A stretch of 64,000 nt of DNA from an uncultured Bdellovibrionales bacterium (lineage in GTDB: Bacteria; Patescibacteriota; Minisyncoccia; Moranbacterales; GWC2-37-73): the NCBI GenBank assembly GCA_964484505.1, contig CAZAFB010000005.1, forward strand, positions 7,427-71,426, given 5' to 3'. Position numbers and translations under genes: made by a program. Positions 60,301-64,000 of this stretch are shown piece by piece. Under the pieces are notes generated by a model, which saw nothing but the letters and a program-made list of their open reading frames with translations, ran no database searches and was not told where the DNA came from. Each line of letters begins with the position of its first letter. The stretch's first letter is position 1.

Positions 60301-60777
60301 ATATGGGTTAGAAACACAAAGTGTGTTGGTTCCAGTAGTGATGCCAGTTACGACTGCCGATTCTTTGAGGGTCGTGTTCCAAATTGTTTGCCCGACGGCG
60401 ATCGAATTTTCATTAGTGCCGGTCGCATAGACGATGCTCGTAAAACCACTGCCGCCGCATCCTGCAGCATTACGTGTTACGGTCGTGCTGGCTGTTTCGG
60501 TCCAAAGATTGGCATTGTTCAAAGATTCCGTCCAAACTGTCGATCCACCAGCCGCTGCATCATATAGTCTGAAAACAATGTCATAAGCCCCATCAGACAC
60601 AGGAATGGCGCTGCCGTCAGTTAACTTACCTTGATAGTTGATGTTTTCATTGAAAGCTGCGCTCGCTGCTGGAGATCCAACAAACAAAAACATAAAAATA
60701 GCCACAAAAAAGAGTAGCTCTCCTACTCGTAGCCCCCTAGTTACGGATTTTTTGTTTGTGTTAATTTTGATGCGCAT
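57334..60777 (-). CDS. Large (1147 aa) secreted Gly/Thr/Ser/Asn-rich surface protein (putative beta-helical adhesin or S-layer-like)
   Basis: Signal peptide; low-complexity G/T/S/N-rich repeats throughout. Confidence 0.55.
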   Translation of the reverse strand: MRIKINTNKKSVTRGLRVGELLFFVAIFMFLFVGSPAASAAFNENINYQGKLTDGSAIPVSDGAYDIVFRLYDAAAGGSTVWTESLNNANLWTETASTTVTRNAAGCGGSGFTSIVYATGTNENSIAVGQTIWNTTLKESAVVTGITTGTNTLCVSNPYSSWANSDDLTNRVYVKSGLFSVMMGTVSSFSAIDFNQTLYLGVTVGNDPEMSPRKMIGALPAAFTAKTLNNNGSASIGTNAGSTLSIGNTTGAVTMNSGGTSAWTNTSGGLTISTATSGTLALNSAGALNLSSAAASTVTLANVANALNFDSDTLTIDALNNRIGIGTNAPSATLDIAGSMTDSNGTSSIYHNPTITQSVAGYTNYGYKMVLNNTLSWGTDTTYGIHVTNSSGAAGARHGIYAYAVNNAIYGQGGTYGVYGDNSAYGTGVGVYGKTTGTSAGNALKAESTTITSSNLSVFNQATSAFSGTGLLMNFANSTGSFTGNFVDLQKNSVSQFKIDANGAVTGGTYNGLTVSSTTGTLTLASGSTLATSGGNSVTLTSTGTTNATLPSGTVTLMANPMTAPGDLIYGGTSGSPTKLAGSGTNGWVLAYNTATNTPYWTAPGGGSQTPWTGDINAAGYDLGSLSNLLFQETTGTPTGTDVGFYRDNSGDLTGNVLTGKTLNIAVNGTDEYNFSSTGLAFNSNNITGLGTNLTAAGALTIASTSSGLTFDSGSNTTTIDSSDTALTASGVTTLTLGAGVTITNASGNINIQPAGTGTGNVQIGDGGTSSATPDLLVLDTGSAEPTGTVGAMYYSTALNKFRCYQNTSWTDCIGSVTGGSPAGSNTQIQYNSSGSFGANAGLTFDSSTQTLGLNGTDAAINMTGITTEPTAPAAGTMDFYAKSIAGRMMPKWIGPSGLDSIVQPMVAMNKVAWWNPPGNATTAPGVLGMAAQTIVSNGGTALTSRSVATTNLFTRMKRAGIVSTTTAGYIASMRNGTAQFTVGNGSGLGGFTYVARFGSTDAISAARAFVGFTSSTAVPTNVEPSTLTNAIGMCQLSTSNNWQICYGGSAAQTPIDLGANFPANTSSADMYELVLFAPTNVNNVVNYRVTRLGTAYQASGTLTAATPGTQLPAATTLLASRFWKTNNTAASVVGLDIASLYIETDY

Positions 60778-60804
60778 GCTGACAATTTTTGGCCTGAAAT
60801 AGAT

Positions 60805-60832
60805 AAAAAACGGGCGTTCACCCGTTTTTTTC
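60805..60832 (-). terminator. Intrinsic terminator aaaaaacgggcgttcacccgtttttt (copy of the 38255 hairpin)
   Basis: Lies downstream of the 61060-62052 gene on the minus strand and about 28 nt upstream of the 57334-60777 start. Confidence 0.5.
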
Positions 60833-61059
60833 TCTACCTCTATATATGTTAATTATAGCAGGTTTTTGGCCCGAAGTCAACTGTTCTTTTTAGCTAAGAT
60901 AAGGCAATTTTAATAATTACAGCTCCCAGGAGGTTCAACCTCCCAAATGGAGGTTGAACCTCCACGAAGATCTTCCGAAAAATAAAACTCCCACAAAGGG
61001 AGTTTAAATGATGTTGACAAAAATTTGATACGTTTTTAGAGGAAGTTCGGCAAAAAATT

Positions 61060-62052
61060 TTAGCGGCCACTTCTTGCTTTTTTGATGATCCAGCGATTAT
61101 ACGTTCTAAACAGAAGAATCAAAACAGCCAGACCAACAAAAGCGATGAGCAACAATTGCCAAGGAATAATCCAAAAGTTTAAAACCATAGGTGCGGCTTG
61201 ACCTTGAGGCAAAACTACTGTCGCAATCGCTGCGTATCTACCAAAATGAAAATGTTTGAATTCATATTGCGCTTTCTGCCAAAAACTTTGAGGGCCATCT
61301 TTGTTTTCTTGCGCTTCCCAAATAAGGTCATAACGACGCGTACTATTGGGCAAAACATTACCGCCTTCTTCTTCGGAATTAGTCACTTTTAGCTCAGCTG
61401 CTTTTTTATTAAAAATATTTTTGATTTCAATTGTGCCGCCCGGCTTGAAGTGAACATTGCCTGTGTTTTCCACGCGCAGTTCCATATTCACCGGCACGTA
61501 TTCAAAGAATGATTTGTTATTCTTAAGTGAAAAACTTTTTATATTACCACCCTGTTTGGCTTCGCCGGTAACAGTGAGTAAAACCAAGGAACCGGTTTTG
61601 TAGTCAACGCTGACTCCATCCGGACCAGCCTGTTCATTCTTGCTAGGCGCGAAGAATGCAGCCGCATAATGACCTCCTGGTTCGGCATCTTTGGGGATTT
61701 CAATATTAATTATTACCGTTTGCCAATCCAGTGGGTTTATGGTGATGTTTCCCTCTGGCAAAGACATCCAGGAAGCCAGATCATGTGTAGATTCCTTTTC
61801 CGTACCTAAATCGGCAAATTCAGGCTCTCCGGCTCCGTTTTCTTTGGCTGTGAAATTGGTTGCGGTTGCTTTTACGGTTACTGCGTCTTTGGTTTCGTTA
61901 TATAGTTTGACGATATATTGCACCGTTTCTCCAGGATTTCCTGCCAATTCTTTAACCGGCGGAGAAACAGTAAGAGCGTGCGCATCGCGCACGCCTAAGA
62001 GCAAACTGGCAAAGGCAAACAGAGTTGCAATAGATACGGAATATTTTTTCAT
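61060..62052 (-). CDS. Cell-surface protein with signal peptide and C-terminal TM anchor (DUF916/DUF3324-like architecture)
   Basis: Signal peptide, beta-rich ectodomain, C-terminal WIIPWQLLLIAFVGLAVLILLF anchor plus basic tail. Confidence 0.4.
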   Translation of the reverse strand: MKKYSVSIATLFAFASLLLGVRDAHALTVSPPVKELAGNPGETVQYIVKLYNETKDAVTVKATATNFTAKENGAGEPEFADLGTEKESTHDLASWMSLPEGNITINPLDWQTVIINIEIPKDAEPGGHYAAAFFAPSKNEQAGPDGVSVDYKTGSLVLLTVTGEAKQGGNIKSFSLKNNKSFFEYVPVNMELRVENTGNVHFKPGGTIEIKNIFNKKAAELKVTNSEEEGGNVLPNSTRRYDLIWEAQENKDGPQSFWQKAQYEFKHFHFGRYAAIATVVLPQGQAAPMVLNFWIIPWQLLLIAFVGLAVLILLFRTYNRWIIKKARSGR

Positions 62053-62075
62053 ATGGCTATTTGGCCCCCAAATAA

Positions 62076-63167
62076 TCAGAATTTACCTGTCGCTACCAGT
62101 GTTAAGGTGTCCGCATAATCTCCAGGAGCGGTTGAAGCGGCTACCGCAGCTATGGTAGAAACATCAAAAGACGCTGACGATACGGCTGCGGTTGTGCTTG
62201 CTATGGTTTGAAATGAAGTGCTTATCGCTAAGTCGGAAGAAGAATCATGATCGAATGCCTCATCCAAAGTTATGTTTGAAGCGTTTTTCGCATATACTCC
62301 GAACCCTATGGTTCCTGCAGAAACTGCGGTACTCGCTCTGGATGTCAAAGTTGTCGCAGGACTCGAATTATACATACCACTGCCGGCTGCTGCGTTAGTG
62401 TCTTTCACTTCTATAACCAATCCGGACTGAGCATTAGTGGAAGCGGAGACAGTTGTTGGCGCACCATTACCTGGAACAGAGGCTGCGCCTACTTCATCGG
62501 CGGTAGCATAGCGAAGCGCCGCGGAAGTGATTGTCCCAAAACCGATTTGCGTATCAGTGATACTAAAAGTTAAAGTCGGATCAACTTTTCCAGTAATTGA
62601 AATCTGATCACTCGCCACAGTTACAAGAGCAATGTTTCTGGTATCAACATCGCTTCCATTGTTTGTTTTCACGGTAACAATAGATGCAGTGGCAGAATTG
62701 GCTGTGCCCAACACTCCGGTATTGCCAGATATTCTCACACCATAAGTCGTGCTGTTTGAAATGGCGCTGGAAAAAGTAACCGTTATCGTATCATAGCTAG
62801 AAGAACCAGATCCCTGAGTACAACTTGCGGAAAGTGTCCCAGGAAGAGCCGTAGCACTGTCATGCAAACTAGTTGTTGCTGCTGTCAACGTTCCCGCAGT
62901 TCGACACCACTGCCCATCATTCGCATCTGGAAAAACTATTATCAAGCTTCCGCTGGACATGCCGCCAGTTGATGAAGTAGTAAAGATTATTTCATGAGTT
63001 GCTCCAGTTGCCAAACTTGCCACATTACGATTCATATAGTCCCTTGCTTGCATTGATGCAGCCTCGGCATTAAAAACTGGTGTCACGATACTTGCAATCA
63101 AGATAAGTGCCAGTACATCCCTTCCGAGAAGTAATAGGTATTTTAATTTAAATCCGATTTTTTGCAT
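62076..63167 (-). CDS. Secreted Thr/Ser-rich pilin-like/adhesin-like protein, C-terminus …GDYADTLTLVATGKF
   Basis: Signal peptide; C-terminal strand motif shared with 63265-63978. Confidence 0.5.
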   Translation of the reverse strand: MQKIGFKLKYLLLLGRDVLALILIASIVTPVFNAEAASMQARDYMNRNVASLATGATHEIIFTTSSTGGMSSGSLIIVFPDANDGQWCRTAGTLTAATTSLHDSATALPGTLSASCTQGSGSSSYDTITVTFSSAISNSTTYGVRISGNTGVLGTANSATASIVTVKTNNGSDVDTRNIALVTVASDQISITGKVDPTLTFSITDTQIGFGTITSAALRYATADEVGAASVPGNGAPTTVSASTNAQSGLVIEVKDTNAAAGSGMYNSSPATTLTSRASTAVSAGTIGFGVYAKNASNITLDEAFDHDSSSDLAISTSFQTIASTTAAVSSASFDVSTIAAVAASTAPGDYADTLTLVATGKF

Positions 63168-63264
63168 ATATTTATATTTTTATTTTACTTTCAGAGAACA
63201 TCTTTTCTCTTGTGAATATGATAGCATGTTTTTGTCAAACCGACCACACGGCTGTTAATAACTT

Positions 63265-63978
63265 TCAGAATTTTCCGGTCATCACAACTGTCAAATTTGC
63301 CGAATAATCTCCCGCATCACTGATACCGCTAATATTGCCGATGAAAGAAGCGGTGTAATTGGTGTATGTGGATTGATTGGCTGATTCAGCAATAGTGTCT
63401 CCGGAAACGAATTTGTAGGCATCCGTTGTGCCATAGCCTGTTGCCGCTTGTCCGTTCCCCCCGCTGGGGTCATTGCCAATCGTAGGATTATTATTCTGCC
63501 TTAGGTTGAAACCGAATTGTTCATTGCCTGTGGATGGACCGGTTGGGCTTGATAGCGGGGTGATGGTGTGTGATGTCGAAGAAAGAGAGTTACCGTACAC
63601 GGAAATGGCATAGCCGCTTTTTGCCGTGGTGGCCGCCCGAAACGTAGCCGTGTCGGCTTTTACCAAATTATTTACCAATGTCCCCAGGTCTGCCGAATCT
63701 TTGGTTATTTCAAAAGTAAGCACCGACTCATTGCCAATCATTGCCAAAAAACCGGCGTCCATAATGTATGATGAACTGCGCAGCGCACCCGTTCCTACTT
63801 CGCCCAGCATGTTTTGCTCGACATATTCATTGGAAATCTGCCTACCTCCCCCAATACTGATTGCATCCGCGCTAATTAAATAATTTGAACTGTTCATGTC
63901 TGCGTGCACGCCAAAAGCCGCGCCCATGCACGCTATTATCAACAATACAATGAAAATATTTTTTGTTTTACAAATCAT
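63265..63978 (-). CDS. Secreted pilin-like/adhesin-like protein, C-terminus …GDYSANLTVVMTGKF
   Basis: Signal peptide; paralogous C-terminal motif G-D-Y-x-x-x-L-T-[LV]-V-x-T-G-K-F. Confidence 0.5.
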   Translation of the reverse strand: MICKTKNIFIVLLIIACMGAAFGVHADMNSSNYLISADAISIGGGRQISNEYVEQNMLGEVGTGALRSSSYIMDAGFLAMIGNESVLTFEITKDSADLGTLVNNLVKADTATFRAATTAKSGYAISVYGNSLSSTSHTITPLSSPTGPSTGNEQFGFNLRQNNNPTIGNDPSGGNGQAATGYGTTDAYKFVSGDTIAESANQSTYTNYTASFIGNISGISDAGDYSANLTVVMTGKF

Positions 63979-64000
63979 TTTTATTTTTCATCCTTTTCCC

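Noticed and set aside
1-64000. CRISPR array or cas genes
   Set aside because: No series of identical 25-40-nt direct repeats separated by unique spacers was seen. The repeats found are dispersed single copies or palindromic regulatory elements.

Overview
The window is 64 kb of AT-rich, compactly coded bacterial chromosome. Many genes encode membrane-anchored or secreted proteins, and the gene content resembles a reduced monoderm or CPR/Patescibacteria-like genome; that lineage guess is inference only. Housekeeping genes I am confident of: typA/bipA, engB, obg, rarA, dus, lgt, a class A penicillin-binding protein, a SpoU-family methyltransferase, an RRM RNA-binding protein and a MacB-type ABC pair. 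Accessory content is dominated by cell-envelope and surface proteins. These include a 2533-aa giant protein with Kelch-like beta-propeller repeats and fibronectin type III domains, a 1147-aa Gly/Thr-rich surface protein, and three paralogous GH73-like peptidoglycan hydrolases. There are also two beta-lactamase-like paralogs, an L,D-transpeptidase, an M23 peptidase, a MarR–adaptor–RND efflux operon and a glycosyltransferase family 2 plus YdjC-like deacetylase pair. Three things are not explained by the protein-gene annotation. First, a ~110-nt intergenic element occurs in three copies with nested stems and compensatory base changes, which points to a structured RNA or MITE. Second, an ATTCGT hexamer array occurs five times at four loci, including a 33-bp inverted pair directly upstream of typA. 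Third, the 46.8–52.5 kb segment is compositionally atypical. It carries an AAA+ (DUF4143) ATPase followed by a large acidic GNAT-like protein, then three direct copies of a palindromic TTGACTACCC…GGGTAGTCAA promoter/operator-RBS cassette. Two of these cassettes drive GC-rich small ORFs that each have their own terminator, and the segment may also carry a ~330-nt plus-strand transcript ending at a strong terminator. I found no rRNA, tRNA or CRISPR array that I could support. Coordinates I set by hand may be off by 1–2 nt.
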